A DNA stretch of 64,000 nucleotides, taken from an uncultured Spirochaetota bacterium (GTDB taxonomy: Bacteria > Spirochaetota > Brevinematia > Brevinematales > JAOACQ01). Both the position numbers and the translations under genes were made by a program. Of the stretch, positions 38,072-46,612 are shown piece after piece (within the stretch, counting starts at the first letter, position 1; the number at the start of each line of letters is the position of its first letter). The notes under the pieces were generated by a model that ran no database searches, was not told the DNA's origin, and saw only the letters and a list, made by a program, of their open reading frames with translations. The stretch covers positions 384,001 to 448,000 of the forward strand of contig CAVYGN010000001.1 in NCBI GenBank assembly GCA_963768055.1, in the 5' to 3' direction.

Positions 38072-38185
38072 TTAATCTGAGATTTCCCAGATATCACTGT
38101 TTTATCCGATTTTTCCCAAATGACACCCAACACTCTCCCGTTTGAGAGATTATTTTATTATAATCCCGGAATACATGCCTGTCAA
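38072..38185 (-). promoter_or_regulatory. outward sigma70 promoter plus two tandem IS1380-like end motifs (module d)
   Basis: TTGACA(38185-80)-N17-TATAAT(38162-57); CATTTGGGAAAAATCGGATAAA(38122-101) and TATCTGGGAAATCTCAGATTAA(38093-72), downstream of the IS1380 transposase remnant. Confidence 0.7.
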
Positions 38186-38319
38186 TGTCAAAATCAGGTT
38201 TTCTTTCCATAAAATCCCTTCGATATTAACTTAAAATCAGATTTCAGGCGATTTCCTGATAACCTTTATACAAAAAGGGGACAGTAACACCTTGTAAAAT
38301 CTGATATCGAATTATAGTG

Positions 38320-38610
38320 TTAACCAACGCCAAACAGTAACCTTAATCTATGTAATCTATCAAGGATAGCGGCAAACAACCCTTTCGGTACGGCTACTTC
38401 CGCCATCTGGAAAACCACATAGCGAGCATGGCTGACAACCTTTGCTCCGATTTTGATTAGCTTTTCCCTGAGAGTCGTCATGGTCCAGTGTTTCATTACT
38501 CTGGGTAAAGCTGAATGCCGGAAGAAGTTTCCAAGATTATAGGCAAGAACAAATAACTGGAGCCTGACATGATTATCGATAAAATCATGACAGGAGAGCC
38601 TTGTCCAAGC
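38320..38610 (-). pseudogene. IS1380-family transposase C-terminal fragment
   Basis: Not in the ORF track. Manual translation: AWTRLSCHDFIDNHVRLQLFVLAYNLGNFFR...WTMTTLREKLIKIGAKVVSHARYVVFQMAEVAVP...*. Confidence 0.9.
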
Positions 38611-38674
38611 TGGAAAGGAAATACAACGGAGCTGAATTAATAAGAGCGTTTTGATAAAGGATTTTACTCATCGT

Positions 38675-39466
38675 TTAAGCAAATAAAAATTCTTTTACCG
38701 CACGGAGCATATCCCGGTTCATCAATATCTTCTGATGACCGGAACCTTTGGTTAATACCAGTCCGGATCCTTTATTTGCTTCTTTCAGCATAAGCGCATC
38801 AGAAACAGGGATTTCATCATCCTGCTCGTCATGAACGATCAGAATCCCGGCATCCAGATATTTTAATACCGCAGACAGACTGTAGTCCGATGCTTTAAAG
38901 TCAAATGCATGTTCCAGGCTTTTCGTCAGTTCTTCCATCTTATCCGTTTCATTCCTGTTCCGGCTGAAATTTTCAATCATTCTCGATATGCTTTCCGGAG
39001 CGCTGATTAAAATAAGTTTTTCCGCTGAGAATCGGTATTTGTTCAGAAGCCCGGTTCCCGCCATGGTAAATGCAGCGGCGCTCGCTCCGAGTGAATGCCC
39101 GATAACGGCATAAAGATCGCCCATTTTTTTTGCCGCACATGAAACGGCCCTGCCGAATTCGAACATGCTCGACAAATCTTTTTTCCCCTTTCTTCTGGAA
39201 CATCCATGAGCAGGTCCGTCAAAAACCAGGACATGAAATCCGTTATTTGCAAGGTATCTGGCAAGAAGCGTCATATGGCTGGCGCGGGATCCCCATCCAT
39301 GAATGAGTAAAATATTCTTTCCGGAGCCCATAGAATAACCTTTCAGGATTCGGTTTTCAAACTCGATATCCATGGTTTTTGCATCCGTAAAAGCCTTCAT
39401 ATCAAAATCGGTATCATCCTGGCGGGGAGGAGCGCAGAATTGTTCGACAAGAATATCATTATACAT
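38675..39466 (-). CDS. alpha/beta fold hydrolase
   Basis: LLIHGWGS, FDGPAHG, GHSLG nucleophile, HDEQD, GH. Confidence 0.9.
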   Translation of the reverse strand: MYNDILVEQFCAPPRQDDTDFDMKAFTDAKTMDIEFENRILKGYSMGSGKNILLIHGWGSRASHMTLLARYLANNGFHVLVFDGPAHGCSRRKGKKDLSSMFEFGRAVSCAAKKMGDLYAVIGHSLGASAAAFTMAGTGLLNKYRFSAEKLILISAPESISRMIENFSRNRNETDKMEELTKSLEHAFDFKASDYSLSAVLKYLDAGILIVHDEQDDEIPVSDALMLKEANKGSGLVLTKGSGHQKILMNRDMLRAVKEFLFA

Positions 39467-39486
39467 TTTTTACTCTTCACCCCGCA

Positions 39487-39930
39487 TCATAAATTGGCCT
39501 GGAATTTAATTTTTCCTTTTTCAGCCAGCTTTTTCAGGAAATACATAATGCTGTCTTTTGAGAGTTTAAAATGTTCTGCTATTTTTTCGGGGTTGACTTC
39601 TCCCGCTGTTTTTATAAATTCATAAATCTCTTCCTCGATCTGTGCCGACCATTCCTCGAAAAGATTTCTCACTTCAGGCGTTGCAAATTTGGCAGATTCG
39701 GCTGTCTCCTGAAAAGATCCCATCATTTTTTGGCACATATCCATAGGCCCTTCGCCTCCACCCATCATCGTACCCATCATTTTCGGCATCATATCTTTCA
39801 TCATATCCTGCTTTTCCTCTTTGGTCATATTGGAGAAGAAGCTTTCCATCATCTTGTCCATCATATCTTTTCTTTCCTGTGAAGACATTCTTCCCATCAT
39901 TCCATCCATCATTTTTTCCCTGAATCCCAT
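39487..39930 (-). CDS. methionine-rich protein with a C-terminal winged-HTH-like domain
   Basis: 23 Met in the first 70 aa; C-terminal VNPEKIAEHFKLSKDSIMYFLKKLAEKGKI; SD GGAGG. Confidence 0.75.
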   Translation of the reverse strand: MGFREKMMDGMMGRMSSQERKDMMDKMMESFFSNMTKEEKQDMMKDMMPKMMGTMMGGGEGPMDMCQKMMGSFQETAESAKFATPEVRNLFEEWSAQIEEEIYEFIKTAGEVNPEKIAEHFKLSKDSIMYFLKKLAEKGKIKFQANL

Positions 39931-39963
39931 TATACTCCTCCTTTATAATTATAAACAAAAGTG

Positions 39964-40302
39964 TTACTTACACATATTCCACCAGCCTGGTATGGAGAAC
40001 ATCGGCATCGACATTTTCTCTTCATTTAAACAGCTGACTATTTCCAGAAATATCCCAAGGGCGCTTAGAAGCCTGCTGTCCTTAAGCTTATAAAAGATAA
40101 ACGCTCCTTTCCGGTTTGTTTCAAGGACCTGGTTCTCTCTTAAAACTCGGAGATGATGCGATACAAGCGGCTGGGAAAGTTTTGTGTTTTCGACGATCTC
40201 GGAAACGGAACATTCCTTGTCTCCAATATATTTAATGATTCTTAAACGATTGGAATCCCCGAGAATTTGAAAATAAATCTGCAGTTTTAACGCCTCATCC
40301 AT
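39964..40302 (-). CDS. ArsR/SmtB family transcriptional regulator
   Basis: LGDSNRLRII, ECSVSEIV, LSQPLVSHHLRVL. Confidence 0.92.
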   Translation of the reverse strand: MDEALKLQIYFQILGDSNRLRIIKYIGDKECSVSEIVENTKLSQPLVSHHLRVLRENQVLETNRKGAFIFYKLKDSRLLSALGIFLEIVSCLNEEKMSMPMFSIPGWWNMCK

Positions 40303-40379
40303 ATAAGCATCCTTTTATATAAACAAACATATATATAAATAATCATTTATATGATATCACTAAAAAGTTTTGTTGTCAA
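40301..40379 (-). promoter_or_regulatory. sigma70 promoter with ArsR-type palindromic operators
   Basis: TTGACA(40379-74)-N17-TATCAT(40356-51); ATATAAAT-N4-ATTTATAT at 40333-40352 and ATATAA-N8-TTATAT at 40301-40320. Confidence 0.7.
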
Positions 40380-40545
40380 GGGGAATGCCAAATTAATTTT
40401 CGGTCTTTTAGTCGGCGGTCAATGGTTTTCACCTTTAGCATATCTCTTTTTCAGTATATCATGAGATAGCAAAGCAGATTGTTTTTGAATTTTATTTCGA
40501 GGTGTTTTATACTTCTACATGATAGTTAATAAATTGGAGAATAAG

Positions 40546-40899
40546 ATGGCCAAAGATCTGCTTAAAATTTTAAAAGCTGTTTCCGACGAGACCAGGATGA
40601 GGATTTTATGTCTGTTAAATATAAAAGATTTGTGTGTTTGCGAGATAGAAGAAATACTCGGGATGAACCAGTCGAACGTTTCAAGGCATCTGATCAAATT
40701 AAAAGAGGCCGATCTAATTCTTTCCGAAAAGCAGGGCCAGTTTGTTTTTCACAGACTCAATGAAGAAAAGTTTGGCCTTTACTCTTTTCTCAGGCAGCTG
40801 TTATCGATGGCTTCCGATATCGGCAAATTCAAAAAGGATATCGGTTCATTAAATATTTTGATTGATGAAAACAGGTTAACCTGCAGAACAGTAAAATAG
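40546..40899 (+). CDS. arsR: ArsR family regulator of the arsenic cluster
   Basis: LKAVSDETRMRIL, DLCVCEI (CxC As-binding motif), QSNVSRHL; start ATG 40546 after GGAG. Confidence 0.88.
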   Translation: MAKDLLKILKAVSDETRMRILCLLNIKDLCVCEIEEILGMNQSNVSRHLIKLKEADLILSEKQGQFVFHRLNEEKFGLYSFLRQLLSMASDIGKFKKDIGSLNILIDENRLTCRTVK

Positions 40900-40960
40900 T
40901 TGACAGAAATATTTTTTTTAGTTAGCATATGAACGTATGCGAATATAAGAATATTCTGAT
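40900..40960 (+). promoter_or_regulatory. promoter between arsR and acr3
   Basis: TTGACA(40900-05)-N17-TAGCAT(40923-28), followed by GAATAT repeats that could be an operator. Confidence 0.55.
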
Positions 40961-41014
40961 TGTGCCCAAATTGAGGCTAAAGAAATCGTCGGGAAATATA
41001 TTAAGGAAGCATTT

Positions 41015-42058
41015 ATGAATGATACGCCTATAAAAAAATTGAACTTTATAGATGAGTTCCTGACCCTATGGATATTTATGGCAATGGCTGCCGGGATCGC
41101 CCTGGGTTATTTATTTCCGCCTTTTACAGCCTGGATAAGCAAGTTTCAGATTGGAACAACGAATATACCGATCGCTGTAGGTTTGATCCTGATGATGTAC
41201 CCTCCATTGGCAAAGGTTAAATACGAGGGGATGGCCGTAACTTTCAAAAATAAGAGGCTTCTCTTTTTATCGCTTATTCAAAACTGGCTTATCGGACCGC
41301 TGGTCATGTTTATACTGGCCGTAATATTCTTGAGGGATAATCCCGGATATATGATCGGTGTCATCCTTGTGGGCCTTGCCCGTTGTATTGCAATGGTAAT
41401 TGTATGGAACGACCTTGCAAAAGGCGACAGGGAACTTGGAGTGGGGATAGTCGCATTTAACGCGATATTCCAGGTCCTGTTTTATGCGCTTTATATTTTT
41501 GTTTTTATAACTCTATTTCTAAATATTTTGAATATTGAAAAAGGCCTTAATATAAACATCTCGATCCTGGAATCTGCAAAAACCGTTATGGTTTACCTCG
41601 GAATACCATTCTTTGCCGGGCTCATAACGCGTATATTTCTTATAAAATTAAAAGGGAAGGATTGGTATGAAGGTGTGTTTGCACCTATTATAAGCCCTAT
41701 GACCCTGATCGCATTATTATTCACAATCATTGTTATGTTTTCACTTAAAGGAAAATTTATTGTCCAGGTTCCTTTAGACGTGGTCAGGGTGGCTGTACCC
41801 TATATTATCTACTTTTTTGTAATGTGGTTCGTAACCTTTTTTGCATCAAAAAAATTGGGCGCGAGTTACGAACAGAGCGCTACTGTTTCGTTTTCAGCTG
41901 CATCCAATGATTTTGAGCTGGCTATAGCTGTGGCTATTTCCATATTCGGTATCGATTCAAACCAGGCTTTCGCAGCAGTCATAGGACCGTTGATCGAAGT
42001 ACCTGTAATGATTATACTGGTTAATATTTCATTAAGGTTCAAAAAATATTTTATTTAA
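41015..42058 (+). CDS. acr3: ACR3 family arsenite efflux transporter
   Basis: [54 protein letters not shown]. Confidence 0.96.
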   Translation: MNDTPIKKLNFIDEFLTLWIFMAMAAGIALGYLFPPFTAWISKFQIGTTNIPIAVGLILMMYPPLAKVKYEGMAVTFKNKRLLFLSLIQNWLIGPLVMFILAVIFLRDNPGYMIGVILVGLARCIAMVIVWNDLAKGDRELGVGIVAFNAIFQVLFYALYIFVFITLFLNILNIEKGLNINISILESAKTVMVYLGIPFFAGLITRIFLIKLKGKDWYEGVFAPIISPMTLIALLFTIIVMFSLKGKFIVQVPLDVVRVAVPYIIYFFVMWFVTFFASKKLGASYEQSATVSFSAASNDFELAIAVAISIFGIDSNQAFAAVIGPLIEVPVMIILVNISLRFKKYFI

Positions 42059-42069
42059 AGGAGATCGTC

Positions 42070-42846
42070 ATGACTTACAAGAATGTCGGTTTTATCGGTG
42101 CAGGTAGAGTAGTTAATATTATTTTAGGCGGCTGGAAAAAAAAAGGAGTTATGCCTGAAAAAATTGCGGTAACGGACGTGAAAAATGAGCCGTCCGATAA
42201 TTTAAAGAAAGAATACTCTGAATTACAAATCGTTGCAAGTATTCGGGATTTAAAATATACTGAAATTATATTTTTATCATTACATCCGCCTGTAATGGAG
42301 CAGGCAATATCCGAACTGGCAAATGTTATTAATCCTTCAACTATCATTTGCTCACTTGCTCCGAAAATTAAGATAAGTAAAATATCGGAATTACTTCATG
42401 GGCATAATAAAATCATCAGAATGAACCCCAACGCCCCTTCAATTGTCAATTCCGGATATAATCCGGTTGTATTTTCCGGAGGAATAACACTTAATGAAAA
42501 AAATGGCTTCCTGGCACTTATGGAATCTCTCGGCCAATGCCCGGAAACAAAAGAAGAAAATATTGAGACTTATGCGGTTATCTCAGCCATGGGACCGACC
42601 TATCTCTGGTTTCAATTATATCAGATCATTGAATTGGCAATATCATTCGGACTTAGTAAAAAAGAGGCAATGGAGGCGGTAAGCGTTATGGCGATTGGTG
42701 CAGTTAAAACGATTAACGAATCATCTCTTCCTCCTGATAGGATTATGGATCTTCTACCGGTCAAACCTTTGATTGAAGATGAAGCCTTATTCAAAAATTC
42801 ATATAAAAACAGGCTGCAAGCTATTTATCAAAAACTCAGAGCATAA
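42070..42846 (+). CDS. pyrroline-5-carboxylate reductase-like NAD(P)-binding oxidoreductase
   Basis: VGFIGAG Rossmann motif, IRMNPNAP, AVISAMGPTY. Confidence 0.75.
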   Translation: MTYKNVGFIGAGRVVNIILGGWKKKGVMPEKIAVTDVKNEPSDNLKKEYSELQIVASIRDLKYTEIIFLSLHPPVMEQAISELANVINPSTIICSLAPKIKISKISELLHGHNKIIRMNPNAPSIVNSGYNPVVFSGGITLNEKNGFLALMESLGQCPETKEENIETYAVISAMGPTYLWFQLYQIIELAISFGLSKKEAMEAVSVMAIGAVKTINESSLPPDRIMDLLPVKPLIEDEALFKNSYKNRLQAIYQKLRA

Positions 42847-42994
42847 ACTTATCGGAGGATAAAATGCCGGATCAAGTAGAGAGAAATTTCAAAGTAAAAT
42901 ACAACCGTGCTCATAAATTAATTCTTCAAAAATAAACAAAATTTAAACTGAAAGTTCACGGATGGGTTATATACTAGTAAAATGGAGGATGTTT

Positions 42995-43432
42995 ATGGAA
43001 AAGATTAAAGTACTATTTGTTTGTTCTCATAACTCGGCAAGAAGCCAGATGGCCGAAGCTTTTTTAAACCGGATCGGCGGAAATTTTATTGCAGAGAGCG
43101 CGGGTATTGAGGCGGGGATTTTGAACCCGATCGCTGTCGAAGTCATGAAGGAAGCGGGTATCGATATATCCGGAAATAAAACAAAAAGCGTTTTCGATTT
43201 TTATAAACAGGGTAAAATATACAATTATGTAATAACTGTTTGCGACAGTAAAACTGCGGAAAGATGTCCTCTTTTCCCGGGAACACTTAAATATCTTCAC
43301 TGGGACTTGGATGACCCTGCCTCATTCCAGGGTTCTTATGAAGAAAAACTGGGAAAAACAAGGGTAGTCAGGGATCGGATAAAAGAAAAAATATCAGAGT
43401 TTATTACTGAAGTAAACAAACTTGTCTCATAA
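42995..43432 (+). CDS. arsC: arsenate reductase (LMW-PTP/thioredoxin type)
   Basis: VLFVCSHNSARSQMAE, VITVCD, CPLFPG, WDLDDP; start ATG 42995 after GGAGG. Confidence 0.93.
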   Translation: MEKIKVLFVCSHNSARSQMAEAFLNRIGGNFIAESAGIEAGILNPIAVEVMKEAGIDISGNKTKSVFDFYKQGKIYNYVITVCDSKTAERCPLFPGTLKYLHWDLDDPASFQGSYEEKLGKTRVVRDRIKEKISEFITEVNKLVS

Positions 43433-43446
43433 TCCGGGGACAGGTA

Positions 43447-43986
43447 TTATCTGGCGCCTGCATCCTTTAGCATCTTTACAGCCGCTTCATGCTTGTTGAA
43501 GGATGCGATCGACAGCGCTGACACGCCAAGGTATTCCCAGTTCAAATCAGTTCCGGCATCGATCAATATTTTCATTTCATTGGTATCCCCCAGGGCGCTC
43601 GCATGCATCAATGCAGTCAAGCTTGTAGAGTCCTTGAAGTTGGGATTAGCCCCCGCGTCCAGCAGCAATTTGATGATATTAGCGTATCCGTTATCAGCTG
43701 CGAACATTAACGGGGTTGCTGAAGAGAGGCCGTCTCCCTGATTCACGTCCGCTTTAGCGCTGATAAGAAGTTTGACAATATCTGCATGGCCCCTGTTCAC
43801 CGCGAAAATCAAAGGCGTCCACCAGTAATAATCTTCTAACATGCATTTCGCGTTGACATCTCCGCCGTTTGCTATGTAAGAAACTATGAAATTAGAGTCG
43901 CCTTTTGACGCCGCGTCGAATATGCTTTCCTTTGCGCAAGTCAACACCGGGAGTGCGATAATCAGCAACAAAAACAACTTTTTCAT
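43447..43986 (-). CDS. ankyrin repeat lipoprotein
   Basis: MKK start, hydrophobic stretch, LTC lipobox; TPLIFAV, TPLMFAA and TALMHAS ankyrin units. Confidence 0.88.
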   Translation of the reverse strand: MKKLFLLLIIALPVLTCAKESIFDAASKGDSNFIVSYIANGGDVNAKCMLEDYYWWTPLIFAVNRGHADIVKLLISAKADVNQGDGLSSATPLMFAADNGYANIIKLLLDAGANPNFKDSTSLTALMHASALGDTNEMKILIDAGTDLNWEYLGVSALSIASFNKHEAAVKMLKDAGAR

Positions 43987-44055
43987 GCTCAATCCTCCTA
44001 ATAAGATATTCCGGAAACGATTAAAAGAATATAAGCCGCTTTCCTGAAAACATTT

Positions 44056-45282
44056 TCAGGCTTCATCCCCTGGTATATTAAAGAAATAAGGATTCACCGG
44101 CTTAAAACCGATTTTGCCCTCGCACCCTGAGGGGATAACCAGTGTAACCGCAGCGCCGTCCTGCAGTTTGCACTGTGCAAGCTGTTTATGGCTGTCATAG
44201 AAACTGGATTTGGTAATAAAAGCCTGTATTCCGGCGTTATCGATTTCAATTTCATCAGCTCTGAAAACAAACTGATAGCTCCCGTCGGGTTGTTTAACCG
44301 GTATTCCGAAAGGCAGTATTTTATCATCCCTGATTTCTACAACGATATGATTCACTTCCAGCTTTGATGTCAATTCCATTACACGGATATTTGCAGGATG
44401 CCTGTAAACGTCCTGAGTGTTGCCGAACTGGATCAGCTTGCCTTCATCCAGAACAGCAGTATAATCGCATAGAATTAAAGCGTCGTCGGGATCGTTAAGG
44501 CTCATAATAATAGTGGTGTTGTAAGATTGAAGAATCTTCTTGATAAAACCTCTCATTTCGATGTGATTTTTCTGGTCCAGATGACTCATAGGCTCGTCAA
44601 GAAGCAGCAGATCGTAAACCTTATTAGTTTCCCTGGCTATAGCGATCATTTGCTTAAACCCTTCGGGAATTTTCGAAGGGTAGCTTCCAAGGTAACTCTC
44701 GTCTATATGAAGTTCATCGATTTTATCGGCAGCCGATTTTTTCCGTTCTGTTTTCGGGGACCCTTTGATAAATTGAGGAAAATCGATATTTTCTTCAACA
44801 TTCCTGTTCGGGTAAAGCGCGTAATCCTGGAACACAAAACCTATATTTCTCTTTTGCAACGGTATGTTATCCAGTTTTTTTTTGCCCAGGAAAACCGAAC
44901 CGGGCTGGTAATTTTCCAGGCCGTTTATTGAACGGAGAAGGAGAGTTTTTCCTGAACCGGAAATGCCTAAAACCGCTAAAATTTTACCCCTTGGAAATGA
45001 GAAGGATATATCCTTTAATTGAAAACCGCCTTTCAGCAGATTTAAATTCTGCACCGCAAACAATGAATCGTCCGGGTTGGCGGCGCTGAGGTTTTCTTTA
45101 ACAAATTCCTTTTTTTGCTCGTTTATGAAGTCAATGAGGTCTGAATACATGATCCTGGTGGCGCTTCCCAGTTTGAATGCTTTCAGCCTCCCGTCGCCGA
45201 CCATATTATAAACCATCTGTTTCGATATTCCGAGGAATTTGGCGACCTCCTTGATATTCATCGCCATATCTTTTATATCCAT
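44056..45282 (-). CDS. excisionase-type HTH fused to a degenerate ABC ATPase (MalK/ModC-like)
   Basis: MNIKEVAKFLGISKQMVYNMVGDGRLKAFKLG HTH; Walker A GISGSGKT, VFQDYALYP, LLLLDEP; signature motif reads IPEGFKQ and H-loop reads SLND. Confidence 0.8.
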   Translation of the reverse strand: MDIKDMAMNIKEVAKFLGISKQMVYNMVGDGRLKAFKLGSATRIMYSDLIDFINEQKKEFVKENLSAANPDDSLFAVQNLNLLKGGFQLKDISFSFPRGKILAVLGISGSGKTLLLRSINGLENYQPGSVFLGKKKLDNIPLQKRNIGFVFQDYALYPNRNVEENIDFPQFIKGSPKTERKKSAADKIDELHIDESYLGSYPSKIPEGFKQMIAIARETNKVYDLLLLDEPMSHLDQKNHIEMRGFIKKILQSYNTTIIMSLNDPDDALILCDYTAVLDEGKLIQFGNTQDVYRHPANIRVMELTSKLEVNHIVVEIRDDKILPFGIPVKQPDGSYQFVFRADEIEIDNAGIQAFITKSSFYDSHKQLAQCKLQDGAAVTLVIPSGCEGKIGFKPVNPYFFNIPGDEA

Positions 45283-45464
45283 AATCAACCGCCTGATAAC
45301 AGTATATCACATATTATAATGTATGTCAACAGATTATAATAAATTATAACACTATAAAATAGTAATATGAATTTAATGCCAGCAGCCAAAAGAAAAATTT
45401 TTGCGGAAAATCCCGCCCGGGCTTATACTGATAAGTGTGTTTAAAAAATAAATTAGGGGCTCAT

Positions 45465-46595
45465 ATGAAAAACGGAATATGTCTTTTAACGGTTTTAAGC
45501 ATGTTATTAATTTCGGCCCTTTACGCGGACAACCAGGGTCAGACCCTGAAAATAGGCGGAAACTACGAGATTACCGGGAGCGTAGCTACTTTTGGAACTT
45601 CCTGCGCCAACGCCGCCAGGCTCTTTTTTGATAAGATCAACGCCTCCGGAGGGCTTCTCGGCAAAAAAGTCGAACTGATCATAGCCGACAACAAATCCGA
45701 TCCGTCGGAATCGGCGTCGGCGGTTAAAATGCTGATCGCCCAGGATAAAGTCGCGGCCCTCCTTGGACCGGTCATAAGCAGGAATTCGCTCTCCGCGGCT
45801 CCGATAGCCGAGGATGCCGGGTATATTATGATAACGCCGACAGCGACCAATCCTGATGTTACAAAAACGGGAAAATATATTTTCCGGGCCTGCTTCATAG
45901 ACGATTTCCAGGGAACAGTAATGGCGAATTTCGCTCTCAAGAACCTCGGGGCAAAAACTGCGGCGATATTCCTTGACAGTGCAAATGATTACAGCATGGG
46001 TCTTGCAAAGTTCTTCAAAGCTAGCTTCGTGAAAGGCGGCGGAAAGATCGTTTCTGAGGAGGCGTTTATCGCCGGCGACAAAGATTTCAGGACCCAGCTT
46101 ACAAAAATGAGGATGAAAAAGCCTGATATAATATACGTTCCCGCTTATTATCAGGAAGACGGGCTCATCGCGAAGCAGGCCCGGGAGCTCGGCATCATGA
46201 CCCCGATTCTGGGGGGAGACGGCTGGGATTCCGACCAGCTTGTTAAAATAGCCGGAACCGGCAGCCTTAACGGAATATATTTCAGCAACCATTACTCTCC
46301 CGAAAGCGCCAACCCGATAGCCCTCGATTTTATAAAAGCGTACAAGGACAGATACGGTTCGAGGCCCGATGCTCTCGCGGCGCTGTCCTATGACTCGGCC
46401 CTTATACTATATGAAGCGATAAAGCTCGCAGGAAGCACCGACACTGAAAAGATCAGGAAAGCGCTTGTCGGGCTGAAGGTAAACGGGGTTACGGGCAGGA
46501 TATCGTTCGATGAAAACAGGAACCCTGTAAAATCAGCGGTCGTCCTTGAACTTGTAAACGGTTCCCAGGTATATAAGACCACTATCGAGCCCTAG
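45465..46595 (+). CDS. livK: branched-chain amino acid ABC transporter substrate-binding protein
   Basis: Signal peptide; INASGGLLGKKVELIIADNKSD, YIFRACFIDDFQG, DKDFRTQLT, LGGDGWD. Confidence 0.9.
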   Translation: MKNGICLLTVLSMLLISALYADNQGQTLKIGGNYEITGSVATFGTSCANAARLFFDKINASGGLLGKKVELIIADNKSDPSESASAVKMLIAQDKVAALLGPVISRNSLSAAPIAEDAGYIMITPTATNPDVTKTGKYIFRACFIDDFQGTVMANFALKNLGAKTAAIFLDSANDYSMGLAKFFKASFVKGGGKIVSEEAFIAGDKDFRTQLTKMRMKKPDIIYVPAYYQEDGLIAKQARELGIMTPILGGDGWDSDQLVKIAGTGSLNGIYFSNHYSPESANPIALDFIKAYKDRYGSRPDALAALSYDSALILYEAIKLAGSTDTEKIRKALVGLKVNGVTGRISFDENRNPVKSAVVLELVNGSQVYKTTIEP

Positions 46596-46612
46596 AGCAG
46601 GGGAGATACGCC

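Noticed and set aside
40498..40519. Reverse complement TGTAGAAGTATAAAACAC as the far end of the tlyA-inserted transposon
   Set aside because: Only partial match, no repeated internal sites, and the flank TGATA does not duplicate CTTGC.
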